From NCBI RefSeq assembly GCF_902148845.1, contig NC_043762.1, positions 28,962,760-29,026,759 of the forward strand: DNA of 64,000 bases. Direction: 5' to 3'. The position numbers and the translations under genes are program-made. The DNA is from Salarias fasciatus. Lineage: Eukaryota. The notes below the pieces were generated by a model. The model was given only the letters and a program-made list of their open reading frames with translations, searched no databases and was not told the origin of the DNA. This document shows, one piece after another, positions 45,008 through 56,958 of the stretch. Numbering within the stretch: position 1 is the first letter of the stretch; every line of letters begins with the position of its first letter.

Positions 45008-45452
45008 CCTTTAAAGGTGTAATACAACATTTTGATTTCCGGGTGGATCACCTAAATAATTGGTGGGTCTGTTTGTCAATCATTCTGACGAGCTGCTTTC
45101 GTAAGGCGGTTCTACGTGCTTGCGCCCAATCAGCTTCTCCCTTTTGCGCATGTGCATTCAGAGTGTTTATGTAGCCGGTGAGCTTCTGAGCTAGTACTTA
45201 CCGATGGCGAGTCTGACATAATGAAACTGTAACTGTTTCGGAAAAAAAAGCTTTATTTATGAGCGAGGCGGATCGCAGAAACTGTAAACATAGCCGTGCA
45301 CGCCGGAGAAGAGGAGATCGCGCTCGTACACTTCCGCGTTTCCTGGGAGAAGCAAGAGAGCTGGGCGGATGGTCTGGCGCATGCGCGTTGTTCAAAAAGT
45401 GAGTAACAGACGTGGGGCTTCGTCTTTTCGAGAAAATCGTGTATTAGACCTT
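45008..45452. mobile_element. About 440-bp MITE in a TEP1 intron
   Basis: Terminal inverted repeats ctttaaaggtgtaatac (45011-45027) and gtattagacctttaaag (45436-45452). No ORF. The flanking TTTAAA is ambiguous between a TA and a TTAA target-site duplication. Confidence 0.4.
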
Positions 45453-45523
45453 TAAGACATGTTCACTTCTGTTATTTGATGTTCATGAGCATCAGTGATG
45501 AGTTGCAGATGCAATCCACTGAC

Positions 45524-45665
45524 CTTTGGAAGCTTTGGAGGGAGCCAATCACAGCTCAGCTGACCTCTGCCGTCTCTGATCAGGTCTACTCCGTCAATCA
45601 GCAGCACCAGAGGAGTTGTCATCGTCATGGTGGTCAAGGTGGAGTGAAACTCTGTCAGCAAGTCT
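45524..45665 (-). CDS. tep1: TEP1 NACHT exon with the Walker B region: KDLLTEFHSTLTTMTMTTPLVLLIDGVDLIRDGRGQLSCDWLPPKLPK
   Basis: Acceptor cgtctcag|AGACTTG and donor ccaaag|gtcagt. Matches TEP1 VLIIDGADRLVDQNGQLISDWIPKKLPR. Confidence 0.65.
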
Positions 45666-45746
45666 CTGAGACGAAAGAGAGAAAACTCATCACGTCAACA
45701 CAGAAGGAAACAAAATGTGATGAAAAATCAGACGACAGTCACTTAC

Positions 45747-45934
45747 TTATACGAGCGAGGAAGAGGTGATTCCTCCTGTGTGTCTTTAATCTTTCTCAGC
45801 AACTGAACGAGGCACCCAACAAGGTTTTCCCCGGAGCGTGCCGACTGGCTGGCAGCCGTCGAGTAGTAGACGACTCGGCAGACGAGGTTTCTCCTGGACT
45901 TCTGTCCAGTCCGGAGGGCTTCTGCCAGACCAGC
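45747..45934 (-). CDS. tep1: TEP1 NACHT exon AGLAEALRTGQKSRRNLVCRVVYYSTAASQSARSGENLVGCLVQLLRKIKDTQEESPLPRSY
   Basis: Acceptor ctcctacag|GCTGGT and donor tataa|gtaagt. Phase is consistent with the neighbouring exons. Confidence 0.65.
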
Positions 45935-46050
45935 CTGTAGGAGAGTAAAGGTTTAGGCAGTGGTCACTTTTAGCAGAAGTGACAGTGAACCTTTCTGAAG
46001 CCAAGTCGATCAATTTTCAATTTTTCATGTTTAATCTTCTGATAGATTTA

Positions 46051-46240
46051 CCATGAAGAGAGTTTTGCCCTCTCCAGCTCCTCCTTCCACCACCATCATG
46101 TGCCCCTTGGTCTGCAGCTGCTCCACCATCTCCACAGCAGCTGACAGCAGCTTGGACCTGCCAAAGAACTGCCTCTGTAGCGCCCCCTGGTGGACCTCCT
46201 GCTCATTAACCTCTGCTGCCTCCTCACGCTCCTCAGACGC
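46051..46240 (-). CDS. tep1: TEP1 NACHT exon with the Walker A P-loop: ...EVNEQEVHQGALQRQFFGRSKLLSAAVEMVEQLQTKGHMMVVEGGAGEGKTLFM
   Basis: Acceptor cttcatcgcag|GCGTCTG and donor ttcatg|gtaaat. GGAGEGKT is a P-loop, paralleling TEP1 VTGQSGQGKTAFLA. Confidence 0.7.
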
Positions 46241-46450
46241 CTGCGATGAAGAACAAATGGCTCAGTGGACTTTAAAGAGCTGCGATTAATTAAATACCAA
46301 ACAATAGTTCATATTGCACTGTTCTTGACATTAACAACTGTTTGCCAATATTTGAGGCAGAAACTGGAATAGAACAAAAAAAAAGCTAAATGGTACGACT
46401 TTTGATTATTTTGAAGGATTCTCATCAGTACATGTTCAGAGTGACTCACA

Positions 46451-46567
46451 TCCACAAACAGCTTCTTGACAGCCGTCCAAAGATCCTCCAGAACGGCTTT
46501 GCCAAACTCATCCAGTTTTGTCAGATGTGGTTTCCCGTCCACGACGCCTCCCCACTCACAGGAGTAA
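46451..46567 (-). CDS. tep1: TEP1 exon YSCEWGGVVDGKPHLTKLDEFGKAVLEDLWTAVKKLFVD
   Basis: Acceptor gatcacag|TTACTCC and donor gtggat|gtgagt; 117 nt. Matches TEP1 [38 protein letters not shown]. Confidence 0.6.
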
Positions 46568-46741
46568 CTGTGATCAGCACACAAGACAATTCAGCAAAAT
46601 GCTCCCATCATGCCGTCATGGTTCATTTTATAATGCAAGTTATTCATTTATTCAAGTATAAAACCAAAAATGTGATGTATTCTAAAACATGGCATTTGAT
46701 TTTACAACGTACATGACTGAGAAAACTCACTTTTCAGTGAC

Positions 46742-46853
46742 CTTCACATTGCTGTCTCTGAGTGCGTTCTTCAAAGTGGTCATTTTCTGCTCAGCATCGT
46801 TTGATTCAGGGGTAAAATGAGATCTCCAAGCAACAGGAACTGATCTGGCAAAA
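46742..46853 (-). CDS. tep1: TEP1 exon SVPVAWRSHFTPESNDAEQKMTTLKNALRDSNVKVTEK
   Basis: Matches TEP1 [39 protein letters not shown]. Confidence 0.45.
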
Positions 46854-46959
46854 CAGGACAAATACTGAATGAAGCACTCAATATCAGTTCTTGTTATGTA
46901 CTGAACTGTAACAGGATAAACTCATGGAACTCAAACTACAAATAAGCTCATTCAAAGTG

Positions 46960-47090
46960 CATACTTGATGATTTCTGGGTCTCTGAAGTAGCAGAACATC
47001 CGCTCATGTGCAACACCCGGGTAGAGAGACTGGAACTGACGGATCTCCATCTCAGTGACAGACAACCCCTCCGGCGCCGTGGCCAGCTGC
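46960..47090 (-). CDS. tep1: TEP1 exon LATAPEGLSVTEMEIRQFQSLYPGVAHERMFCYFRDPEIIK
   Basis: Matches TEP1 [43 protein letters not shown]. Boundaries are approximate. Confidence 0.45.
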
Positions 47091-49678
47091 ACACAGAGAG
47101 AAAATTCAAGGAAACTCACTTGAATAAAACAATTTTATGTCAAATGAAAGTAAAAAAAAGGCATGTCATTCAGTTCAGAGACCTGAAGAATGCCCAGGTG
47201 AGAATATCCTACTGGCTGTGTTTTATTTAACTTCTCTTTAGCTCAGGAGTTCAAGAAAAAATTTTCATTTGACAGAAATCTTTATTTCTGTTAAAATAAC
47301 GGACGTCCTCCTCCAAGAAAATTCAAAAAATTTTGATGGATTTCCTGTATTCTGGTGGATTTTAAATGATGAAATATGTTTTTGACTGATCCTCTTGTTG
47401 TCAAAAATGGATAAAAGAGGTAGAAGCTCTGTCTGTAGCACTCTGCATAAAATGATGTCTTCATAATTAAAACTAATGGCCATAAGGATGCCTTAATATA
47501 ATTTTACAGAATTTGCCAATAGAACTGTTTGAATTGCAAATTATTTGGTGTAGAGTATTTGCAGTCACGTGGCCCGGGATTTGGCAACCGAGGGACCGCC
47601 GCCATATTGGAGTGAAAACAACCAGTGATACGCGTGCAGTGAGGCGGTGTTCTTTAAAGATAGGGTAGGCGATGTTGTCCAAAAGCACTTTTTGTCATAC
47701 TGAGTGAAACGCTCCTTCCCCCTGGGAGAAGTCAATACATTATGTGTGTGGAAAAAGGTGCGGAAACGATTTTAAAACAACAGTAGCGGCCACAGGACTT
47801 TAAAAACTCCAACCAATCGTAAGGCGTGGACCGCTCTTAAGGAACCAATCAGATTGTGATGTCAGATCAAGTGGACAACCTTGACGTAACACACAAAGAC
47901 CGATACCGGGAGAAAATGCGGATTTCAGGCTTGCAGCATGATCTGTACTTGAAGCCAACCGCCTGTTCCAGCCATGCACGGCTGAGACTCAAGAACTCCC
48001 CGATCTGGAGTACGCCGACATTTACTGTTATCTAATCGACAGTTCTTCGGCGCACACAAAAGCAGCGATGAAGGCGTACAAAAACCTGGATTCCTACAAG
48101 TATTTTGTTTCCGGCTTTGTGGGAGCATCGGGACAGTATCGAATCTGCAACACGGACAACGTTCTTGTAAAGTCTACAGTGTGTAGATCTGCTAACTTAA
48201 AGGAGTCATATTATGCAAAATTCACTTTAAAAAGGTGTCTTTAGAGTCATATTACCTTCCAGAGCCAGATCCCCCAGAAGTGAAAAATTCAGTCGCCTCC
48301 CTCAATTGCGCTCTCCACTTTTAAGAAAATATACACTCAAACATGTGATTCTGAAATCTTCCTCTTGATGACGTCAACAAGAGGAACACCACTCCCACCC
48401 CCTGGAAGAGGATCCAGCCTTCGGGGCCCCCGGATAGGTGGTTAGGTGGTATAGTAGTATGTGTTCAAATTTGAAAACTGTGTTTGTCCTCCTTGTCTCT
48501 CGCTACACCATATTTTTCAAAATGAAACTGAAACTTAAGCTGAAACGGTCGAGGAGACGTGCCTCTGACTGTGACACCCCCCCATGGGAGAGAGTCGGCG
48601 TGGCCAGATGCATCCAAGTGCATCCCGTAAAGTACGCTGTGAAAAACAAGAGGGCTCCTGAGAGCCACTTTTTAGAATGCTCAAACTCCGAACATAGGAT
48701 GAATTTGGTTCAAATAAACTTATATACTATGTTTTTGGGCTTCTGTGACCTGCATGACGTGACTGAAAAATAGCATAATAGGTCCGCTTTAAATGTCAGA
48801 GTTATCTCCAGGCTAAAATGGACTTGTTCATCATGGAAGTCATTGAACCCGTTCGGCCCGATGGACCCTGTACCGGGTCCAGCAGCCGTCTGCTCCACTT
48901 CAACGAGTGTAAAAAGTGACTAAAATGCTGTGAGGATGATTTCTTTCAACTGTGTCTCAAACAAGAAGCCTTAATCTCACTAACTGAAGGCTCCAGCTGC
49001 ACTTTGACGACCGAGTGTTTGTTTTATAACAACTTTAAAATCCAGATGCAACAATTCGACACGCCCCCCTCACCCGCACCTCCAGACACAAAACGCTACA
49101 GAACCAGAGAGCCGTTTGCTCCACTGCAACGTGTTGGGTCTCATATGAAACTAGAAAATCTACACTTTAAGATGATAACAGAATATTCTCTGAGCCGACC
49201 GCCTCCCGTCAGCGGCAAAACAAACCCAAAACAGATCTTCACATTTCACAGCCAGCACCTCAGATCATGTTTCCCACACACTTCTTCACCAAATCTCAAA
49301 GCTTTTCACACCAAACACAACATATTTTATGTCCTTACCATTTTGTGGCCATTTTCCATCTATTCACGCTCTCCTCTGGCCAAAATTAGCCGCATAATCC
49401 TCTGGAGTAGTGAAAGAGCGTCATGCGCCTGAATGTTTGTTCTCACTCCAACATGGCGGCGACTACCCGACGTGCATTGCGAGGCCGGGTGCGTGATGTC
49501 AGCTGTGAATACTCTATTCTTATGAAAGCTGCAGACTGTTTTTTCATCAAGGTCAAAAAGAAAACACAATTTTACTCCACCACTGAAATCTAGATCAAGT
49601 AGTCTCATTTCAGCACTATTAACTCACTTGTCGCGGGGCAGCTGAGCTGTCTGTGATCTGCTCTGCTCCAGGACTTGT

Positions 49679-50005
49679 TCAAAGGTGGAGACTCCGCTCT
49701 GATCAGCCTGCTTTCAGGCCATCTTACCCGGCCCAGATATCCCAAAGTTCATGTTGACTTTTCATGGAAATTCAAGCACCCAAGAGTCTCGTGCCATTGT
49801 TGAAGCAGCAGACAAGTTCCACAGGTGCTGCCAGGTTTGAAGTCGACTGGGCTTTGCCGTTTCCCCAACACACCTTGGCTGACTCAGTGTCAGAGAAGCC
49901 TGGAAAGGCTTCAAAACTGACAGTGGCGGGATTTGAACCCACGCCTCCTGAGAGACTGGAACCTGAATCAAGCGCCTTGGACCACTCGGTCACACTACCT
50001 GCTTT
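49679..50005 (-). mobile_element. tRNA-Leu(CAG)-headed SINE, copy 2
   Basis: Same head (49920-50000) and body as copy 1 (...ctgctttcaggccatcttacccggcccagat.tcccaaagt...), in the same orientation. Confidence 0.5.
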
Positions 50006-50175
50006 GAGCAGTGCATTATGACAACATCGCTCAGTACAATTTCATGTTCAACCTTTATAAAACACATTTTCTGAGTGAGATTGAGTCAAACTAACAGAAT
50101 TATAGATTAGGGTCGCAGTGGGGTTCGCACACAGCTCCACTTAATACTGCTTTAACTATTTTTCAGAAGTCTTAC

Positions 50176-50467
50176 CCAGCTGTACTGCGGCAGATCAGGA
50201 AGGGCAGGCCGATCGGGCACCTGGCCGTACCTCTCTCCCAGGATTCCCACCAGGATCTGGCTGCGACACACCTCCGACAGGCACAGCTCGGTGGCCCGCT
50301 CCGACTCCTCCTCCGTCACACCCCAGCGCAGTTCCACCTCCTGCAGGTAAAGGCAGTGTGGTGCGGCACGGCGGCGAAGCTCTGGAAAGACGCTCTGCAC
50401 CAAGACGTCTCGCTCAGAGTGCATGTCCCTGAAGGTGGAGGAGATGAACACCCGCACACCTTTCCAC
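50176..50467 (-). CDS. tep1: TEP1 exon encoding DUF4062: [97 protein letters not shown]
   Basis: Acceptor ggtttccag|GTGGAAAGG and donor cagctgg|gtaaga. Matches TEP1 [84 protein letters not shown]. Confidence 0.7.
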
Positions 50468-50640
50468 CTGGAAACCAACAAATGAGCCCAGGTTACACAA
50501 CCTGTGACCCACAATTAAGAAAAGTGTATCAATACACTGATGATGATCACTACTGCTGCACATGTGAGTCTTGAAGTCAGCCAGCTAACCAACGAGATGG
50601 ACACATCCTAAGTTTTGTATATCTTCTTTGAAGAAAGTAT

Positions 50641-50767
50641 TACCTCAGCTTTGGACTGGGTGGAATCGTTACAACATCCTTGGTGGCCGGAGTGCCTTTA
50701 GCGCCCTCTGCTGGTTTGATGTTGTACAATCTGTCCAGATGCTCCACATGTTCCAGCAGCCTGGAGG
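50641..50767 (-). CDS. tep1: TEP1 exon FVSERGSSRLLEHVEHLDRLYNIKPAEGAKGTPATKDVVTIPPSPKLR
   Basis: Donor ctgag|gtaata. Matches TEP1 FIAEHGASHLLEHVGQMDKIFKIPPPPGKTGVQSLRPLEE. Confidence 0.55.
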
Positions 50768-51012
50768 ATCCCCGCTCCGACACAAATCTAGTCACACAGT
50801 CAAACACTCAATCCACTTTTGGCCAGGAAGTAAAGAAGGTGTTTTCCAAACATCTCAACCTCCCATATATGTACAACAGATTCCTGATGATGTTGCTAAA
50901 GTAGCCGTTAGCAGAGCAGAGATTAAAGACTTGCCACACCATGACAACATGAAAATAATTTCCAAAAAAATCTCATCATCGAAAATGAAACTGATGAAAT
51001 TTGTCCACTTTA

Positions 51013-51084
51013 CCTCAGGATTTGCTCATTAAAACCAACCAGCGTCACAGTGTTACCTCCAGGGCGAATTTTGGGGTCGTAGTT
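51013..51084 (-). CDS. tep1: TEP1 exon NYDPKIRPGGNTVTLVGFNEQILR
   Basis: Acceptor tttctag|AAACTAC and donor ctgag|gtaaag. Matches TEP1 TDLNPNDVTLSGCTDAILKF. Confidence 0.45.
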
Positions 51085-51635
51085 TCTAGAAATAGAAACA
51101 CAAGCATTGAGTGTGTAAGTTTCAATCAGAAAGTAGATGAACAAATCCATCCTTTATTTAAAGGATCTGCAATCAAGTTAAGCAGTCATCAGTGTATTTT
51201 GACATTACTAACGCTGAATCCCATTTCACCCCTTAGCCCTCCCCCTTGGCCCTACCCCTCCGTTTTGCGCGTTCACGTGGAGGGGTAGGAGTGTCCCAAT
51301 TGTCATTATGACGTAGGGGTAGGGCCAAGGGGGCTATTCACCCCTCCAAACGGAGATTCTCCCGAGGCACACTCCAAATGGAGGGGTATGATCCGGTGTT
51401 GGCCGGTGGCGAGGGGCGGCGGCGGGAGCGCTTGCTTTGTCCGTCTACACCGTGAGTGGCGGGCGGGGTTAGTTCACTTCCGCATTGGCGGGAGCGCTGG
51501 TTTCCACACCCGCGCATTCCAGGCGCATTCCAAACACAACAGATAGACGATTATTTCCAAAAACTGGTTTCTTCAACACTGCCAGCCTTTTTTGCCCCAC
51601 TGTGTACGGTACATCAGAAAAACAAAACATTACCT

Positions 51636-51764
51636 TTCTGCAAGGTAAATCTGCATGATCACGGTTTTGCTGTTCACATTGGCCCTGTAGCTCTCGATTT
51701 CCCACTCGGCTTCGTCACTGAACCAGTGCTCAGCAAGTACGATGATGTTGTCCACCTGGAATGA
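51636..51764 (-). CDS. tep1: TEP1 exon QVDNIIVLAEHWFSDEAEWEIESYRANVNSKTVIMQIYLAER
   Basis: Donor gaaag|gtaatg. Matches TEP1 VDRVILLGQSMDDGMINVAKQLYWQRVNSKCLFVGILL. Confidence 0.55.
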
Positions 51765-51854
51765 ATGATTTCAGGCTGATAGTCTCTTGTAAAGCAGTCC
51801 ACACAGTCCCAAGTTTGCATTTATTGTTAGTGATTTTTTTCTAAATCTTTCTCT

Positions 51855-51899
<45 letters not shown>

Positions 51900-51900
51900 C
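51855..51900. repeat. (AC)18(AT)5 microsatellite
   Basis: acacac...atatatatac. Confidence 0.9.
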
Positions 51901-52199
51901 ATAATAAGATAACTAATATAGAAATAATGAATATTAAATTTGCAACTACAACAAAGCAGCAGTGGAGGAAAAAATCCATCTTATGTCATCACAAAGGAAA
52001 AAAAAATTACAAAATGTTACACAAATAACTATACCTTATTTTCCTTTGAGAACAGTCTGTTGAAGCTGATGCTGTCCCTACCTTCGAAAGACATCTCCTG
52101 GATTTCCTGTGTCAGAACGGACATGATCCATTAACAGGCCGATCAAGTTAATGTTTTACAAAATGGTCAAACAACTTAAAAGTTTACCTGTGAGCGCAT

Positions 52200-54143
52200 A
52201 AATCAAGAGATAATAATAATAATAATAATGAATTTTATTTATCATGCACTTTACATTTGTAAAACAAATCTCAAAGTGCTACAATGGAATTTAAAAACAA
52301 CAGTGACAATTAAAAGTAACAGATACAGGCTAAATCAATAAAAAACTCTCATACTTTTGCACGTCATAAAATACAACAAAGTACAGTAAAATCATTCAAA
52401 CGCTTTCACAAACAAAAACATTTTTAAGCAAGATTTAAATAAGTCCACCGACTGTGGTGCCCTCAGGTGGGCAGGTAGGGCATTCCACAGTCGGGGTGCT
52501 GCAGCCTGAAAAGCCCTGTCCCCCATGGAACACAGTTTGGTTTTGGGGACCTTTAGCAAGTTGATGTCGGCGGAGCGGAGGCGTCTGGTCGGGTCGTGTG
52601 GGGAGAGAAGTTCTTTTAGGTACACTGGTGCACTACCATAGACACACTGATGGGTCAGGAGGCAGATTTTGTATTCCAGCCTGAACCTTATCGGGAGCCA
52701 GTGAAGGTTATGGAGAATGGGAGTGATATGGTGTCTTTTTGGCACCCTCATCAGGATCCTGGCAGCACAGTTCTGGATCGACTGAAGCCGTTGTAGGCTT
52801 CTTCCAGAGATCCCGATGAGGAGTGCATTGCAGTAGTCCAGCCTGGAGGAGACAAAAGCATGGACCAGCTTCTCAGCAACGGGGAGGGAGAGGACGGGGC
52901 GTAGTTTGGAGATGTTCCGGAGGTGAAAAAATGAGGTCTTACAGATGTGTTGGATATGGAGGTCAAAGGAGAGGGTGGGGTCAAAGCGGACACCCAGGTT
53001 GGTAACGGCAGTTGTTGGGTTGATTTTGTGGCTGGCAAATGATAGGACTGTGAAAGGGGAGGACTTAAGTTGATGTGGAGTTCCAATTAATAGAAATTCA
53101 GTTTTGGAGCTGTTGAGCTGGAGAAAATTGTCATTCATCCATGCTTTAGTCTCCTCCAGGCAGGCGGTGAGTGATTGGATAGCAAGGGAGGAGGTCCGGT
53201 CCAGCCTGACATAGAGCTGAGTATCATCAGCATAGCAATGGTAGGAGACTCCATGCCTGCTGATGGTGTGGCCCAAAGGGAGCATGTAGATGGAGAACAG
53301 GCTAGGCCCCAGCACTGACCCCTGGGGAACCCCACAGGTGACAGCGTCGGACCTCGACCTGGCTTCCCCAAGGGCGACTTACTCAGCCCGACCAGTCAGG
53401 TAGGACCGGAACCACTGGAGCACTGTATCTGAAAGACCAATGAAATGCTGGAGTCTGTGGAGGAGGATGGAGTGGTCAACAGTGTCGAAGGCGGCTTAGA
53501 GGTCCAGGAGTAACAGGAGTGATGGAGAGCCCTGGTCAGAGGCCACCAGCAAATCGTTGGTGACCCTGACCAGAGCTGTCTCAGTGCTGTGAGCTGAACG
53601 GAAACCGGATTGGAATTTGTCGTACAGATGGGAGGACTGGAGATGTGTGTGAATTTGAGAGGAGACTACCTTTTCAATGATTTTTGACAGGAAGGGAAGA
53701 TTGGAAATGGGCCAGTAATTAGATGTTTTTTCAGGGTCAAGGGAGGGTTTTTTGAGAAGTGGTTTAATTATTGCATTTTTCAATGACTGTGGCAGGTGAC
53801 CGTGTTGCAGGGAGTGATTGATGATAGTTGTGATTAGGGGGCTCAGTGTGGAAACATGGGATTTGATCAGGGATGTGGGAAGTGGATCCAGGTGACAGGT
53901 GGAGGGCCTCATCTTGCGGATGACGTCCTCCACCTGTCTGTCTGTGACAGGGAAAAACTGGGAAAATTTGGAAGCTGGAGTGGCAGGTGTGGAGTTAGGA
54001 GAACTAGAGGGCAGGAGAGCAGAACGAATGTTATCAATCTTGGATATGAATGTATCCAAGAATGCATCACATTGTTCGTTATTGTTTGTTTTTTGTGTAA
54101 GTGGTTGTGGTGCGAGAAGTTTGTTTACAGTTTTAAAACTCAA
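52200..54143 (-). mobile_element. Second copy of the L2/CR1-like LINE (RT region), in a TEP1 intron, with a (TAA)n tail
   Basis: Minus ORFs 53496-54143 (...[23 protein letters not shown]...LLLLLDL) and 52392-53315 (...[14 protein letters not shown]...[10 protein letters not shown]...). (TAA)7 at 52213-52232. Confidence 0.65.
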
Positions 54144-54184
54144 AGATGGTGACAGAGACAGAGCCTGACCTTCATTTGCTTGAC

Positions 54185-54350
54185 CACAGTTCTCACGTTA
54201 TCCAAAAGGACATCAGACTTCAGCTCCACTTCTTCACAGTGACCGGAATCCACTAAGCAAAGCTGACAATCTTCTGCACTGCTCCTGATCAACAGTGCAA
54301 CCAAAGCAGCCACCTCCTCCAACTGTGAGGGTATCAGCATGAGGCAAGTT
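54185..54350 (-). CDS. tep1: TEP1 exon ...[53 protein letters not shown]
   Basis: Matches TEP1 NYALLLIGMMITRAEQVDVVLCGGDTLKTAVLKAEEGILKTAIKLQAQ. Confidence 0.45.
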
Positions 54351-54539
54351 GAATCATTTCGTTGGTTTGAGACAAAAGAGAAACAGCACAATCACTCACC
54401 GAGGGCCTGAGAGTGTCTTTCTGTTCAACGGTTTTCCGTCTATTGTTGTAACGGCCCTCATTGTCCTTTTTGTCTTTTTGCTCTGGGTCTGGAGGAAGGC
54501 AGAAGTCTTGTTTTTCAAGCCAGCTCGGAAACTGATACA

Positions 54540-54680
54540 TTCCTGAGGAGAGAAGGATGACTGTCCGTCCAGGGAGCGGGGGCAGGTTGTAACGGCAGGA
54601 GATCTGAACCGCTGTCTCCAGAGCTTTACGGTAACGGTCCAGCAGAGCCACGGTGAACACCTTCTCCCTGCGAGTAGACA
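54540..54680 (-). CDS. tep1: TEP1 exon ...VFTVALLDRYRKALETAVQISCRYNLPPLPGRTVILLSSGMYQFPS (vWA-like part of TROVE)
   Basis: Near-colinear with TEP1 EMLNRYRQALETAVNLSVKHSLPLLPGRTVLVYLTDANAD. Confidence 0.6.
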
Positions 54681-55179
54681 TATGGAGCGAATTCAACACA
54701 CAGAATCAAAATTGTATTTCATTTTCTTTCAACTACCGTAGTGCTAATTCTTCAGGGAATGTAAAAGAAAACTCACACAATAGACTCCTGTGGGACTTTA
54801 TTTATAACTCGTGTTGAAAATGTTAAAATGATGACTGAACTCTGATCCACTGTCTGTGGGATGGAACCAATTGTCAAATGTTTCTGGACGGTTGTTGTTT
54901 GTGTGCTGGGTGTCTCGTAGGGAAGAACTGTGCCACTCAGCCCCAGACTGTGTTTATTGGCTGATAAAGGACAGACAGCTAACACGTCAAAAGGAAAATG
55001 TTATGGTTGGGGTTTCAGTGGCTGCTATTATTCTTAGACACTGGAAAACCTCCAAAGTCCTGCAGCCTAAAGAATGGGGAAACATGATGATAAAGACTGC
55101 TTCATATGAACCTTTGCTGTTGGGAGTCGGGGATGGAGACACAACACCAGACTGGGAACGTTTCGGCCTGATGTTACTG

Positions 55180-55385
55180 ATCATGCTGGACACACCTTGC
55201 TTTCTTCAGCTGGGCCTTCTGTTGCTGGTACAGTCGATAGACGAAAGGCACACCAAGCGCCACCTTCAGCCTGCTTTTCTTCGTCGTTTCCCACTGCAGA
55301 CGGCGGAAATGACTGCTCTTAGGAATCTTCTTCAGGATGCCCCGCAGGATCTTCATATTGCCGGCCATTGCTGGCTGGGTTGCAG
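55180..55385 (-). CDS. tep1: TEP1 exon ...MKILRGILKKIPKSSHFRRLQWETTKKSRLKVALGVPFVYRLYQQQKAQLKKARCV
   Basis: Matches TEP1 LMRRILTRNEKNRPRRRFLCHLSRQQLRMAMRIPVLYEQLKREKLRVHKARQW. Confidence 0.5.
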
Positions 55386-56641
55386 AGGCTAAAAGAACAG
55401 TGTTCAGTTGAGGTAGGTTGTTGAGCATTTGTAGCTAACGAAGTAGAATTTATAAAACTAAATAGTGAAATGCTATTTTTACTCATCACATGAAACTCAA
55501 CTACTTGTAAAAATCATATTTAAATTTTTCTCAGCTTGCTGTAATTGAGCGGTCCCAGGTGAGCGGTCCGAGTTTTACTCTATGCGCTTATTTCCATCAC
55601 TGAACTCCTCCCTTGTTGGGGTGTTTTTATATATTGTCCTGCCAATCCATGGAAAAATTATGCTTCTTGAAATCAGTCCATGGTGGACTGTTTTTCAGTC
55701 TGAACCGAAAATATGAACCTTCTAATGATCGGGGCGACCTTATATTTGATCTGATATAGCAATAACGACAATCAAGAGCAGGCAGAAAGTAAATCACATA
55801 AAAATATTAATGATCTGTGTGCTTTTTATGAACAGTCAGCACATTTTACACAGTGGGAATAATTTCTTGAGTAGGAATAGAGATTCTTGTGCATTTTCAC
55901 TTAATTTAATAGATACTTTTTAAAAGTTCAGGCTCTGATGTGTATGCAAAGTAAAAACTAAATTTGTTTAAGCTGATAACATGAAAAATGTCCTTTTAAG
56001 TCCTGAAAAAGACTTGAAAAAGCTATTGACATCTGGCCTGTTGTATGACATGTGGTTGAAATGATTGAGGTAAATATTTTCCATGTATAGTCCCAACACT
56101 GACAATGTGATGCTGATGAATTTGGGATCCACCATGCAAGCCCCAGAAGGAATAAATGCAAGATTTATTGATGTAATCGTGAATGAGTCAGATACACTTG
56201 ATATATGGTCATTTTAATTTTTAATATACTTATCCTATTTATTCATTCTATTTTTACTATGTACTTTTAATTTATTTTATCTTCTATTTTATAATCTTAT
56301 CTTACTTTTTAATTTTTTTTTTTTTTTTAGCTTTGTATCATGTCTTTTTAACATCTGTTTAACTCCAGTGTTTCCTCAGGGGGGTCCTTCACACCGGGAG
56401 TTGGTCCTGGTCCTCTGCTGGGGTCGCTGCGCTCGAGTCCTCTGGTCCTGGCTGGCCTGGGGGTCTCCACACCTTGGTGTGCGGGATCCCGTTGGTCTGA
56501 CGGGGTTGGGGGTTGAGCGCTGGTGCCCCAGTACTAATGACCTTCGCCTTCTCCTGGTGTCAACGGCCCCACTGGTAGTGTTTTCCCATGATGCTTAGTG
56601 CCATGCCATGTCTCCTCTGCCTTGCTTTGGGCATAAATTGG

Positions 56642-56643
<2 letters not shown>

Positions 56644-56697
<54 letters not shown>

Positions 56698-56746
56698 GCG
56701 TGTGCGTGTGCGTGTGCATGTGCATGTGCATGTGGTGTACACTTAT
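56644..56746. repeat. Compound microsatellite (TG)n-(GCGTGT)n-(GCATGT)n of about 100 bp
   Basis: gtgtgtgtg...gcgtgtgcgtgtgcgtgtgcgtgtgcatgtgcatgtgcatgtg. Confidence 0.9.
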
Positions 56747-56871
56747 TGATGGTGCGCTTTTATTCTTTTTTTTTTCTTTTTTTTTACTGTTAAGCACTTT
56801 GCATTGTTTTTATTATCATGAAAAGTGCTATACAAATAAATAAAGTTTGAAGTTTGAAGTTTCTATCTCAC

Positions 56872-56958
56872 CAACTGGGAGAAGCTCCAACATGACTTTA
56901 TAGGCAGCCAGGAATCTGAAAGGAAACTGACGGCTCTCCATGACTGCTTTCTGAAAAA
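56872..56958 (-). CDS. tep1: TEP1 exon KAVMESRQFPFRFLAAYKVMLELLPVGEI
   Basis: Matches TEP1 HAKSVIHSRQFPFRFLNAHDAIDALEAQL. Boundaries are approximate. Confidence 0.5.

Noticed and set aside
44553-50467. Initial reading of the NACHT/WD40/DUF4062 exons as an NWD1-like or NLR innate-immunity gene
   Set aside because: Upstream exons encode a TROVE/vWA-like region (...LDRYRKALETAV...LPPLPGRTV..., ...RQFPFRFL...) and the C-terminus matches TEP1. TEP1 explains every domain in order.
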